Assembly (NCBI GenBank): GCA_041489375.1
Contig: JBGPRA010000003.1
Location: 1-35,981 of the forward strand
DNA: 35,981 nt
Source: Candidatus Bathyarchaeia archaeon
GTDB taxonomy: Archaea > Thermoproteota > Bathyarchaeia > TCS64
Reading direction: 5' to 3'
Shown here: in pieces, positions 9,738 to 19,305 of the stretch
Layout: each line of letters starts with the position of its first letter
How positions within the stretch are numbered: position 1 is the first letter of the stretch
Notes under the pieces: model-generated
What the model saw: only the letters and a program-made list of their open reading frames with translations
Told to the model about the DNA's origin: nothing
Databases searched by the model: none
Translations under genes and position numbers: made by a program

Positions 9738-11117
9738 TTGAAGTTCCTCAATGAAGATACCATAATAACAAACGGTAAGGGTGTTTATGACGGACTAAGG
9801 CGCGATGCTCTGACTATTCTCGGATCAGCTCTCGACGCCGTCGAACCAGCCCAGGCAGTCCACAGCAAGATCAAACTGAGAGGACAATCAATCAGAGTTG
9901 AAGACAAAACATATGATCTCAGCCAAATCGAGCGGATTTACTTAGTAGGAGGCGGGAAGGCGGGAGGCGCGATGGCGGAAGCTGCCGAGTCTATCCTGGG
10001 GGACAAACTCACAGGAGGTGTAGTCAACGTCCTAAAGGGCACCGAGGGAAAGCACTGCCTAAAGAAGGTTAAGCTGATCGGGGCCTCTCACCCGGTACCG
10101 GATGAAGCCGGTGTGAGAGGTGTGAAGGAGATGCTCGACATGGTGTCTGAACTGACTCGTAATGACCTCGTCATTGTGATCATCTCTGGGGGAGGTTCAG
10201 CTCTGATGCCATGCCCCGCCAACAGCATCACACTCGCGGACCTTCAAACCGTGACGGCGAAGCTCCTGAAGAAAGGAGCAACAATCAACGACCTCAACAC
10301 CGTAAGGAAGCACCTAGACTCCTTTAAAGGTGGTCAGCTCGCTAAGAGATGCCAGCCCGCTGAGGTATTGAGCCTAATCCTATCCGATGTAGTAGGTGAT
10401 CCCCTTGATACCATCGCCTCTGGGCCAACTGTCCCCGACTCAAAAACGTGGGTAGATGCGGAGGCCGTCCTCAAGAAGTATGATGTATGGGGAGAAACCC
10501 CTCCGGCTATCAAAGAGAGGATAAAGGCGGGAGTGACAGGGAGTATTCCCGACACTCCGAAAGAGAATGACCCCGTCTTTAAGAGAACGAAAAACATCCT
10601 CGTTGCGAGTAACTCGTATGCTGCTCAGGCCGCGTTTATGAGGGCACGGCAGCTAAAGTACAATTCGATGGTTCTCTCCACGATGGTGGAGGGAGAAGCT
10701 AGGTACGTCGGAAGCGTCTACGCTGGCATCGCCAGGGAACTAGCGACTAGGAAGAGACCACTTGATACCCCCGCAGCAATCATCATTGGCGGTGAAACAA
10801 CTGTTGAAGTAAAGGGAGCAGGGAAAGGCGGAAGGAACCAGGAGGTCGCACTCGGCGGAGCTAAGCTAATTTCTGGCTTACCTTGTCTCATCGCATCCCT
10901 CGCCACAGATGGCTTCGACGGACCCACCGATTCAGCTGGCGCCATCGTAGACGGAGCAACATTTGAGAAGGCAAACCGGAGCAACCTATCAATAGACGCG
11001 ACACTCAAGGAAAACGATGCCTATCACTTCTTCGATAGACTTGGGGACCTGCTTATCACAGGCCCCACAGGGACAAACGTAAATGACCTTGCCTTAATTC
11101 TCGTCTCGGGAGATTAA
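9738..11117 (+). CDS. Glycerate 2-kinase (MOFRL/TtuD family)
   Basis: GGGKA, ASHPVPD, ISGGGSAL, SDVVGDP, IASGPT, GGETTV, GGRNQE and TGPTGTNVND motifs. Confidence 0.93.
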   Translation: MKFLNEDTIITNGKGVYDGLRRDALTILGSALDAVEPAQAVHSKIKLRGQSIRVEDKTYDLSQIERIYLVGGGKAGGAMAEAAESILGDKLTGGVVNVLKGTEGKHCLKKVKLIGASHPVPDEAGVRGVKEMLDMVSELTRNDLVIVIISGGGSALMPCPANSITLADLQTVTAKLLKKGATINDLNTVRKHLDSFKGGQLAKRCQPAEVLSLILSDVVGDPLDTIASGPTVPDSKTWVDAEAVLKKYDVWGETPPAIKERIKAGVTGSIPDTPKENDPVFKRTKNILVASNSYAAQAAFMRARQLKYNSMVLSTMVEGEARYVGSVYAGIARELATRKRPLDTPAAIIIGGETTVEVKGAGKGGRNQEVALGGAKLISGLPCLIASLATDGFDGPTDSAGAIVDGATFEKANRSNLSIDATLKENDAYHFFDRLGDLLITGPTGTNVNDLALILVSGD

Positions 11118-11121
11118 CCAT

Positions 11122-11631
11122 ATGACGACTCGGTGGGAGAGACAGCGCGAGGCTCTCGATGAGTTAAAGGCGATCCTTACCGAGAAACATGAGGACGTAG
11201 AACTAGTGCTAGTCGAGGGGCATAGGGATGTTGAGGCCATCAAGAAGCTTGGCGCCTTCATGCCTGTGGATGTAAGCTCTCATACCGGCAAGACCGAGCA
11301 CGACATCGTGGCCGATCTATCAAGTAAAACCCGAGAGATACTCATCCTCACTGACTTCGATGAGGAGGGGAGATCCAAAGCTAAGCGCTTATCTCAACTA
11401 CTCGAAGCGGAGGGGGTACATGTCCGTCGTGAGCTTAGGCGAAAGTTTGGTAGGCTCATGGGCGTCCTCGGCGTGAAGACCATCGAGTCACTAGACGACA
11501 TTTGTAGCGATAATTTGTCACTCAAACAGTCAATAATCAAGCCTCAATTTGAGCGCAATAAGTACCAAAAAAAGAATAGAAAATTATTAGTGAAAGCGCG
11601 CACGAAATTAGACTCATTAAGTAGCACATAG
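11122..11631 (+). CDS. Small Toprim-domain protein
   Basis: LVEGHRD and LTDFDEEG Toprim acidic motifs. The last ~40 codons are AT-rich and look like read-through. Confidence 0.85.
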   Translation: MTTRWERQREALDELKAILTEKHEDVELVLVEGHRDVEAIKKLGAFMPVDVSSHTGKTEHDIVADLSSKTREILILTDFDEEGRSKAKRLSQLLEAEGVHVRRELRRKFGRLMGVLGVKTIESLDDICSDNLSLKQSIIKPQFERNKYQKKNRKLLVKARTKLDSLSST

Positions 11632-11641
11632 GTATAGGTTT

Positions 11642-12544
11642 GTGGCTGGTAAAGATTCGACTAGGTTTAACGGAGTTTCACAATTCTTTGTGATGGGGCT
11701 ATTATTCCTCTTAGTCGATGGTTTGGCGATTTTACTTTCGAAGCCATTCAGTGAACTAGAGCTCTATGCCTTCGAGGAGCCGAGTGATCCCTTCAACATT
11801 GTGTACTTCTTTATGATGGTGTTTGTGGGGACAGCTGTAATCCTCGCTTTAGGGCGCCTCTTTAAAGGTAGGCTTGTGAAGTGGGTTTTACTGGGGGTTA
11901 CCTGGTCATCACTTTTTTCTACATTTTATTCATTTTCATTCCTCGTCATGGGCGATCCTTTGGCAACTTGGATGTCCGTATTGGCTTCATTACTATTTGT
12001 CACGGCATTGATGAAGTGGCCGAGATGGTATCTTATCGACGCCGCTGCGCTTATACTCGGTACAGCTACGATGGCGCTCATTGGAATTTCAATAAGGCCT
12101 CCATTTATGGCAATTCTATTAATTGGCTTGGCAGTTTACGATGCCATCGCGGTCTATGGTACGGGTCATATGATATCCCTCGCTGAGATTGTCATCAACT
12201 CGGGTTTACCAATGGTTCTGATAATCCCGAAAGCCAGAGGCTATAGTGATGCTGAAAAGGTAATAATACTCAAGCAGCCTCCTCAAGGCGACGAAAATCG
12301 TAAAGCCGTCTACATGGGGTTAGGAGATGTTGTAATACCTGGATGTTTAGCTATCTCGGTCTATGATTCGCTTGGTATTGTATCGCTTCCTATAGTTGGT
12401 TCGATTATAATTGGGACGCTGATCGGCTTCTCGGTTCTATCTTTTTTCGTAGCGAAGGGGAGGCCTCAAGCAGGGCTTCCTTATCTATGTGGTGGGGCTA
12501 TCTTGGGGTATATTATCTCAAATTTATTTTTCATGCACCTATAG
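11642..12544 (+). CDS. Presenilin-family (GxGD) intramembrane aspartyl protease
   Basis: Multi-TM protein with VYDAIAVY, MGLGD and PQAGLP (PAL-like) motifs. Confidence 0.9.
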   Translation: MAGKDSTRFNGVSQFFVMGLLFLLVDGLAILLSKPFSELELYAFEEPSDPFNIVYFFMMVFVGTAVILALGRLFKGRLVKWVLLGVTWSSLFSTFYSFSFLVMGDPLATWMSVLASLLFVTALMKWPRWYLIDAAALILGTATMALIGISIRPPFMAILLIGLAVYDAIAVYGTGHMISLAEIVINSGLPMVLIIPKARGYSDAEKVIILKQPPQGDENRKAVYMGLGDVVIPGCLAISVYDSLGIVSLPIVGSIIIGTLIGFSVLSFFVAKGRPQAGLPYLCGGAILGYIISNLFFMHL

Positions 12545-12582
12545 GTTTTAGTTAAAAGCTCGTGTGCGCGTGTTTTGATTAG

Positions 12583-13794
12583 TTAGTCCCTAACTATGTT
12601 ACCATAGGTTTCCCTCGTGCCCAGTAAAAGGGCAGTGAATGTTAATGCAGCGAACCCTATACTGATCAAGTTGGGAATGAAAAAGCTCCCTGTTTGATCA
12701 ACTATACTACCGTATATTGGAGTCATTGAGCTTGAGAATATGATGCTTAATCCGTTAAGAAGACCGAGCCCAATATTCATTTTCCTCGCTGGGAGTACTT
12801 CTCCAACCATGCTGAAAAAGAGGAACCCACTGCTTGTACCAATCCCCATCAATGCCCAGAGTCCTGCATATATTATGATTGGTAAACCTGCGGGTGTTAA
12901 GATGAGTGTGATTAGGGAAATTAGGTAAACACCATAGAAGAATATTAGAGGGGCCTTCTTTATCCTGAGCCTGTCGCTGATCATACCTATAAATAGGGCT
13001 CCCAGGAAGCTCGCTATGGTACCGAGGCTTGTGACCACCCCCGCTTCGACGTAAATTAGTTTTTTTGCCTCGACGAAAAACTGACTGCCCCATGAATAGA
13101 GTACATAGTTGAAGGCTAGGAATGTATAGGTGAATAACATGGGTTGAAAACGTTTGTCAGCGAGTGTGTCCCTGAATGATCCAATAATATCTCTCTTCTC
13201 TCTCTTAACGAAGGCTATAGGCTGGGGGCTATCTCTTAAAATGAGGATGTTTATCACCCAATTCGCTAAGAGAACGACTAACATACCTAGATAGAGTAAC
13301 CGCCAGCTCCCCCAAAGCGAGATAGAGAGGGGAAAACCCATGTAACTTGCGAAGCCACCTATTCCCATGCTTGCGCTAAGGACTCCGATTGCAGTCGCCT
13401 TCTTTTCTGGGGGAAACCAACGAATAACAAGAGTGACAGCGTTTACGTAGAATACGCTAGTCCCAATGCCGATTATTACCTGAGCGGCGAGTAAGAGTTC
13501 ATATCGATAGCTTAGCCAAAAAAGGAGACTTCCTATGCATGTTAATGCAGTGAACCAGAGAATCGACTTGCGAGGCCCTAATATATCCGCTAGTACTCCA
13601 GCTGGGAGCTGCATAACTCCATAGATTAGGAAGTACCCAGTGATGAGAAGCCCCATGGCACCGCGACTTATTCCTAACTCATTGATTAGCACCGGTGAGA
13701 GTGCTGATGCAGCGCTACGTAGGAAGCTCTCGACGAAGTAGGTCAGGCAAATAGCTGCTAATATTGTGAGAGCTAACCGTTCCTGTTTTGCCAA
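12583..13794 (-). CDS. MFS transporter
   Basis: About 12 hydrophobic segments, GVLADILGPRK and GMISDRLRIKK motif A copies, WFPPEKKATAIG. Confidence 0.9.
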   Translation of the reverse strand: MAKQERLALTILAAICLTYFVESFLRSAASALSPVLINELGISRGAMGLLITGYFLIYGVMQLPAGVLADILGPRKSILWFTALTCIGSLLFWLSYRYELLLAAQVIIGIGTSVFYVNAVTLVIRWFPPEKKATAIGVLSASMGIGGFASYMGFPLSISLWGSWRLLYLGMLVVLLANWVINILILRDSPQPIAFVKREKRDIIGSFRDTLADKRFQPMLFTYTFLAFNYVLYSWGSQFFVEAKKLIYVEAGVVTSLGTIASFLGALFIGMISDRLRIKKAPLIFFYGVYLISLITLILTPAGLPIIIYAGLWALMGIGTSSGFLFFSMVGEVLPARKMNIGLGLLNGLSIIFSSSMTPIYGSIVDQTGSFFIPNLISIGFAALTFTALLLGTRETYGNIVRD

Positions 13795-13882
13795 GGTCTC
13801 AGTTTAGTACTATTAACTTAGATAAAGCATGTTTGGGCAGAGTAACCGCGCGCTCGACTGCCTTGATTAAAACGAGTATACA

Positions 13883-14227
13883 TTAAGGTTGTAGTGTTGT
13901 GATGATTGCCTTAAGCTGTTGAATAATGTTCTCCTGACCTTGGATGAGTGTGTTCTGAGCTTGAATCTGCATATCCTTGGCTTGAATCATTTCATTTTGG
14001 GCTTGAATCAACGCATCCTTGGCTTGAATCATTTCATCTTGGGCTTGAAGTTGTGCATCCTTAGCTTGAAGTTGTGCATCCTTTGCGTTTAACTCCGCAT
14101 CCTGGCTCTGAATTCTAAGCTCGTAGGCTGAGACCTGAATTTTGAGAGGCGTCGAGGCGATGAGATAACCACCGACTAAGCCTACTGTCAAGCAGATGAT
14201 TGCCAGGATATATAATTTGGAATCCAT
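13883..14227 (-). CDS. Membrane-anchored coiled-coil protein with heptad tandem repeats
   Basis: N-terminal hydrophobic helix followed by nine QA(K/Q)(D/N)xx(I/L)-like heptads. Confidence 0.75.
   Translation of the reverse strand: MDSKLYILAIICLTVGLVGGYLIASTPLKIQVSAYELRIQSQDAELNAKDAQLQAKDAQLQAQDEMIQAKDALIQAQNEMIQAKDMQIQAQNTLIQGQENIIQQLKAIITTLQP
13922..14110. repeat. 21-bp coding tandem repeat, about 9 degenerate units
   Basis: Units such as GCTTGAAGTTGTGCATCCTT(A/T) and GCTTGAATCATTTCAT recur with 21-bp periodicity. Confidence 0.85.
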
Positions 14228-14373
14228 GGGACTAAATTGTGGTGTGGGAATTAAGTTTTGTGAAAAAATATTTAATTTTCTCCACTCTTACTGACACAGT
14301 TTAAGGGAGATGAGTTTTACTTATTGTGTAAAAGTGCTAGAGACCTGTATTTCAAGGACACAGCGACTAGTAC

Positions 14374-14392
14374 AATATAGTACTACTATATT
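14374..14392. promoter_or_regulatory. Perfect 9-1-9 palindrome, candidate operator
   Basis: AATATAGTA-C-TACTATATT in the divergent intergenic region, about 90 bp upstream of the dehydrogenase start. Confidence 0.5.
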
Positions 14393-14478
14393 TAGTCACC
14401 CAACACAAGTGCTTATCTAGAACATCTGAAAAATTTTAGCTAAAAAGGTAAAATAATCGTTTTCTGTAGCATACTATA

Positions 14479-15567
14479 ATGACTAAGATAGTTATACTCT
14501 ACGACACATGGTCCAAAGCAGACGCGAAACAGATCTGGGAAGAGATGCTAAAGAACAGCCTTGGCGATACTTACTCTAAACATGAGTTCATCTATCTAGA
14601 GAACAAAGCGGGTGCTTTTAAGTGGTCCACCGAGGTGAATGAGAACATAAAGGAAGCCTTCGGGGACCCTGACTACATCAAGCAGAACATCAAGGAGGCA
14701 GAGATAGTATTGAGTGGGTTTGCCCCAATTACCGCCTCTGTTATGGACTCTGACCCATCCCTCAAGGTCATCGGCATAGCCCGAGGAGGCCCGGTAAACG
14801 TCGACGTCGCAGCAGCCACAGATAGAAAGATCATGGTTGTCGGCACTGTGGGAAGAAATGCAGAGTCCGTCGCTGATCAAACTCTTGGCTTCCTCCTTTC
14901 CCAAGCCCGCCAGATAGCTCGCCACAACTTGGCAATAAAGACTGGTGAATACTTTGAACAATCAACAAAGATAGGGCGAGGCAAGTACCTAGATAGCTTT
15001 GACTTTCAGGAGCTTGGCGGGAAAACCCTTGGCTTAATCGGCTTCGGTGAAGTGGGAAAACGCGTTGCTAAGAGGGCTAACGCTTTCGGGATGAAGGTAC
15101 AGGTCTTCGATCCGTACATAACGGTGGAAGCCCTCGTTAAGGAAAGATGCATTAAAAACGAACTCGAAACCTTACTCCGTAGCTCCGACTTCGTCTCCAT
15201 CCACGCAAAACTAACACCCGAGACTACCCACATGCTAAACGCTGAGCGTCTTGCGATGATGAAACCCAAGGCAGTCATTATTAACACTGCCCGTGGGGAA
15301 ATAATAGACGAGAGAGCTCTATACGAGGCACTAAGGTCTAAAAGGATAGCCAGCGCTGCACTCGATGTATTCGAAGAAGACCCTGTTAAACCCACAAACC
15401 CACTCTTAAATCTCGATAATATTACAGTGACCCCACACACAGCTGGACGCTCACCTGAGGTGGAGAGACGCGGCTACCAACAAGTTGCCGAGGCGACCGC
15501 TAAGTATCTCCACGGTGAGAAGATCAAAAGAAACCAGCTTGCCAACCCAAATGTCTTGGAGAGCTGA
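14479..15567 (+). CDS. D-isomer-specific 2-hydroxyacid dehydrogenase (YoaD-like)
   Basis: GLIGFGEVG Rossmann motif, INTARG, LDVFEEDP, TPHTAG. The RGGPVNVD...GRNA segment recalls B. subtilis YoaD. Confidence 0.88.
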   Translation: MTKIVILYDTWSKADAKQIWEEMLKNSLGDTYSKHEFIYLENKAGAFKWSTEVNENIKEAFGDPDYIKQNIKEAEIVLSGFAPITASVMDSDPSLKVIGIARGGPVNVDVAAATDRKIMVVGTVGRNAESVADQTLGFLLSQARQIARHNLAIKTGEYFEQSTKIGRGKYLDSFDFQELGGKTLGLIGFGEVGKRVAKRANAFGMKVQVFDPYITVEALVKERCIKNELETLLRSSDFVSIHAKLTPETTHMLNAERLAMMKPKAVIINTARGEIIDERALYEALRSKRIASAALDVFEEDPVKPTNPLLNLDNITVTPHTAGRSPEVERRGYQQVAEATAKYLHGEKIKRNQLANPNVLES

Positions 15568-15573
15568 TAGTAA

Positions 15574-17058
15574 TTGTTGCCTGACCACCTCATAGCAATT
15601 GACTGCGGCTCAGGCGGCGTTAAGTGCTTCCTAGTTGAAACCTGCGGTAAAATAGTGTCTCAATCAGGTGTAGAGTGGGATAGAGATGAATGGAATACAG
15701 AGATCGGTTGGCTAGCCATAAAAAAAGCGATCAGAAAGACACTAAACACTTCTGATATCAAACCCGAACGAGTAGCAGCCGTTAGCACAACGAGCATGAG
15801 GGAGGAGTACGTTCTCCTCGACGCAAAGGGTCGGGAGATATCCTATGATGTGACACCCGATATCTACACCCACGGAGACGAATTCAACCAGATCTACGGC
15901 GAGCGCATTTACCTCCTCTCGGGTCACTGGCCAGTACCAGGTTGGATAGCAGCGGGGAAGATGAAGTGGCTCAGAGACAAACACCCAGAAACACTGGCAC
16001 GAGCGCGCTTATTCCTAATGATAAGTGACTGGGTCGGATACATGTTAGGCGGTACACCTTACACAGAAGGATCCAGCGCCTGCGAAACGAGCTTATTCAA
16101 CGTTGAGAAGGGGGAATGGGCGTGGGATCTGATTGATGAACTCGGTATCCCAATGGAGATATTCCCAAAAGTGATGCAAAATGGGATACAGGTCTCGCAG
16201 GTCACTGGCAATGCCGCTAGAGGCACCTCCCTTCTAGAAGGGACCCCAGTGGTTGTCGGAGGAGCTGACACTCAATGCGGCCTTCTCGGTTGCAATGCGT
16301 ACAAGGTGGGCGATGTTGTAGCAGTTGGTGGGACGACCACGCCTGTCCAGATGGTTACTGACAGACCCGTTTTTGACGAGAAAAAACGCACATGGACAAA
16401 CATGTATATCGTACCAGGAAAATGGGTAATCGAGAGCAACGCTGGACGAACCGGATGGATCTACAGATGGTTCAGGGACAACATCCTTTGCGAGAAAGCC
16501 AGCACAAAGGTTTACGAGACGATGAACGCCATCGCTGAAACCACGCCACCTGGATCTAATGGTGTCCAAATATTTTTAGGCTCACGCGTCTTCAATTCGG
16601 GCCCTCCTTACTTGGAGGGGTACTATCTCAGCGACGTCGCAGTCCCTCCAACAATAATCGGCTCCTCCAAATTCACAAGAGGAGATCTCGCTAGGGCAAT
16701 AATTGAGGCGAACTGTTACGCTGTCCGGGCGAATCTAGAGCAGCTCACTGAGATAACTGGAAGCGAGGTGAAGAGCCTCGGCTTTTGTGGGGGTAACTCA
16801 AAGTCAAACCTCTGGAACGAGATTCAGTCAGCTGTGCTTGGAAAGCCAGTGATTGTGCCCGTTGAAAGGGATGCATCTGCCATCGGAGTCTCCATCTGCG
16901 CCGCGGTCGGATCTGGTCTATACAGTAACATTGGTGAAGCTGTGAAGTCTATGGTGCAGATGAAGCCTGTTCGAGCTAACAGGGAACTCGTAGAGCGATA
17001 CGATAGGTTTTATCACTCATGGCTTGAGATTCGTCGCCGTCTTTCGGGAATCTTATAA
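15574..17058 (+). CDS. FGGY-family carbohydrate kinase (LsrK/YoaC-like)
   Basis: AIDCGSGGVK, TTSMRE, GGADTQCGLLG, GGTT and CGGNSKS motifs. Confidence 0.88.
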   Translation: MLPDHLIAIDCGSGGVKCFLVETCGKIVSQSGVEWDRDEWNTEIGWLAIKKAIRKTLNTSDIKPERVAAVSTTSMREEYVLLDAKGREISYDVTPDIYTHGDEFNQIYGERIYLLSGHWPVPGWIAAGKMKWLRDKHPETLARARLFLMISDWVGYMLGGTPYTEGSSACETSLFNVEKGEWAWDLIDELGIPMEIFPKVMQNGIQVSQVTGNAARGTSLLEGTPVVVGGADTQCGLLGCNAYKVGDVVAVGGTTTPVQMVTDRPVFDEKKRTWTNMYIVPGKWVIESNAGRTGWIYRWFRDNILCEKASTKVYETMNAIAETTPPGSNGVQIFLGSRVFNSGPPYLEGYYLSDVAVPPTIIGSSKFTRGDLARAIIEANCYAVRANLEQLTEITGSEVKSLGFCGGNSKSNLWNEIQSAVLGKPVIVPVERDASAIGVSICAAVGSGLYSNIGEAVKSMVQMKPVRANRELVERYDRFYHSWLEIRRRLSGIL

Positions 17059-17086
17059 GAGGGAAGCATTCGAAACGTATTGATCG

Positions 17087-17752
17087 TTGATGGAATCTGT
17101 CGAGAAGGACCTCAGGGAACGCCTCGCTAAAGTCGGTCGTGAGATATTTGCTGAGGGATTGACCCATGGTGCATCCGGGAACATAAGCGTCAGAGTCCCG
17201 GGCACAAATAAGTGCATAATTAAACCTAGTGGTTACAGCTTCGCTGAGCTTGAGCCTCACCATTTCATTGTCGTTGACATAGACACTAGGAAGGTTTTAA
17301 AAGGGAACGAGAAGCCGAGCATTGAGACACCGTTCCACACGAAATTGTATAAGCAGTGGCCCGATGCTGGTGGTGTCGTTCACGTCCACCCCCACTACTC
17401 TACCATCCTCTCTATAATCGGGGAGGAGATCATACCAATGGGGATAGAAATCACTGAGGCGCCCGCCCTCGCGAAGGGCATCCCCGTAGCTAAATTCGCT
17501 CCACCAGGCACCGAGGAGCTGGCTGACAACCTTGTCGAAGCGATGAAGGATCACGTCGCTGCGCTCATGCCACACCACGGCTTAACAACGATTGGGAAGA
17601 ATATTGAGGAGGCAGCTACCAACGCCAGGATAGTGGAATTCCTCGCCAAACTCCACTACGAGGTCATGTTAGTGGGAAAGCCACATCCCTTAAGAGAGGA
17701 TGTATTGAAGAGCCTCATTGAGAGGGCAAAGCTGAAAGGGTTATTGATCTAA
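17087..17752 (+). CDS. Class II aldolase/adducin family protein (FucA/AraD fold)
   Basis: GNISVR, KPSG, KPSIE (catalytic Glu position), HVH and HHG metal ligands. Confidence 0.92.
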   Translation: MMESVEKDLRERLAKVGREIFAEGLTHGASGNISVRVPGTNKCIIKPSGYSFAELEPHHFIVVDIDTRKVLKGNEKPSIETPFHTKLYKQWPDAGGVVHVHPHYSTILSIIGEEIIPMGIEITEAPALAKGIPVAKFAPPGTEELADNLVEAMKDHVAALMPHHGLTTIGKNIEEAATNARIVEFLAKLHYEVMLVGKPHPLREDVLKSLIERAKLKGLLI

Positions 17753-18781
17753 AGATTTTCCGCTGTTATCCTTCTTCTTCATATCGCTAAGCCGGTCCAC
17801 AAGGCTCATACCTGGCTGGTAATCCTTTAGGGACTTCACCTCGATGAGACCCTTTTTCTCCGCCGCCTTCAAAGCAGCCTCTCCCTTCTTTGTTCTTACT
17901 AAGACTGTAGAATAGCCATCAGGTGAACCTACGTTACCAATGGACAAGTCAGCGAGCTCCGATGTGTAGTCAAGACAAACCCTACAACAATTTCGTGACA
18001 GTTCCTTTAATTTTCTTATCTTAACCTCGAAGGGTGGTTCCCCCTCCCTATGAGCGATGAATTTACCACTCTTAATCTCAAATTTCTTTATTTTCTCAGG
18101 CTCAACACCCTGATCCTTTAGGTAAGCCATCAGCTTATCATGATTGAAAGTCTCCATACAGAATAGCCCAAGTGCGAGAGTATCGGTCTTTGGTGCATTC
18201 TTTTGGCGTCTCCTGAGTGCTTGTATTTGGCAAGGGGTACTGACAAACGCCAGCTTCTTAACGCCCTCTTTTTCGGCCTGTTTCACTGCTAGCAGCATAG
18301 GAGCAGAAGTGTATTTCGTCCCGGCGCATTCAATCACTATATCCATATCTCTCGTAAGAACCGGCACGGGAGACCAGATTTTTTCCTTGTTGAGTCCCGC
18401 AACAACAGCTCTATCGCCTTCACTAAGGCAACTAAGAAGAATTGAGGTAACTGCTCCGCCATCCTGTGCGTGTTCCTTTACTTTAGGCTGTAAAGTCCTG
18501 ACAGCGTATGCTTCAAGTAGAATACCATGAGCTTCCTCATCTACGGATCTTTTCCTCCCAAGTACATAAGCTTCAGATTCTCCGAAATCATATTCTACTC
18601 TAGGACAAGCTGTGTAACACTCTCCACATGCAGTACATTTTCCTGTTAGCTTAGGTAATCCATCGACAAAGCTTATTGCATCAACTGGGCAAATCGAAAC
18701 ACAAGAGCCACAGGCAACGCATCTTTCAGGTTTAATTACCTCGACAAGTAGATGTCCAAAAACTTTGGGTCGCTTAGCCAT
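17741..18781 (-). CDS. FrhB/FpoF-like F420-binding protein with N-terminal 2x[4Fe-4S] domain
   Basis: CVACGSCVSICP and CTACGECYTACP, then AQDGGAVT, AGTKY, TPCQI, GLFC, CRVCLD and DLSIGNVGS FrhB motifs. Start placed at the ATG of MAKRP (18781) rather than at 18841. Confidence 0.88.
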   Translation of the reverse strand: MAKRPKVFGHLLVEVIKPERCVACGSCVSICPVDAISFVDGLPKLTGKCTACGECYTACPRVEYDFGESEAYVLGRKRSVDEEAHGILLEAYAVRTLQPKVKEHAQDGGAVTSILLSCLSEGDRAVVAGLNKEKIWSPVPVLTRDMDIVIECAGTKYTSAPMLLAVKQAEKEGVKKLAFVSTPCQIQALRRRQKNAPKTDTLALGLFCMETFNHDKLMAYLKDQGVEPEKIKKFEIKSGKFIAHREGEPPFEVKIRKLKELSRNCCRVCLDYTSELADLSIGNVGSPDGYSTVLVRTKKGEAALKAAEKKGLIEVKSLKDYQPGMSLVDRLSDMKKKDNSGKSLDQ

Positions 18782-18944
18782 GATATAGGAATGTGAACAA
18801 ATCCGTTTAACTATTTCTTCAGAAAAAAAATTTTGAAGCATAGGGACTAGGGGGTCTGATAAATAGCAAGTATAGTCAATGTATTTATCTAGCGAATATT
18901 AATCCTAAAATAAATAATCCCTCAAATACTTGGAGACTTGTGAA

Positions 18945-19199
18945 ATGAGTTTCAAGAGAGCTAAACCTACAAGCCCGGAGACATGTCCTGGAATTAGAGA
19001 ATTCATTCGCCCGACACTAGCCTACACAAAGTGTGTATCATGTGGTGGCGACGTTGAGATCTGGAGTGATGAAGATACTGGCGTATGTCTTAAATGTGGA
19101 AAAATATGGCCAAGGCCAGATAACAAGTCATCCTGCTTAGACTACTGTGATTACGCTGAAAAATGTAGAGAAATCATTAAGATGCGCACAAATAAGTAA
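18945..19199 (+). CDS. Small Cys-rich (zinc-ribbon or Fe-S) protein
   Basis: CPG..CxxCG..VEIWSDE..CxxCG..SCxxxCxxxxxC, 8 Cys in 84 aa. ATG at 18945. Confidence 0.7.
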   Translation: MSFKRAKPTSPETCPGIREFIRPTLAYTKCVSCGGDVEIWSDEDTGVCLKCGKIWPRPDNKSSCLDYCDYAEKCREIIKMRTNK

Positions 19200-19305
19200 A
19201 TTCGTCGAAATTTTCATTTTTCACTTCTTTAATCTGAGATAATTCTATTTCATAAAGTAAAATATTATACAGTCTAATTGAACTATTTCTTTTAGGTGTA
19301 GTATA

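Noticed and set aside
13922-14110. Possible CRISPR array
   Set aside because: The units are contiguous 21-bp in-frame coding repeats without spacers, and no cas genes are present.
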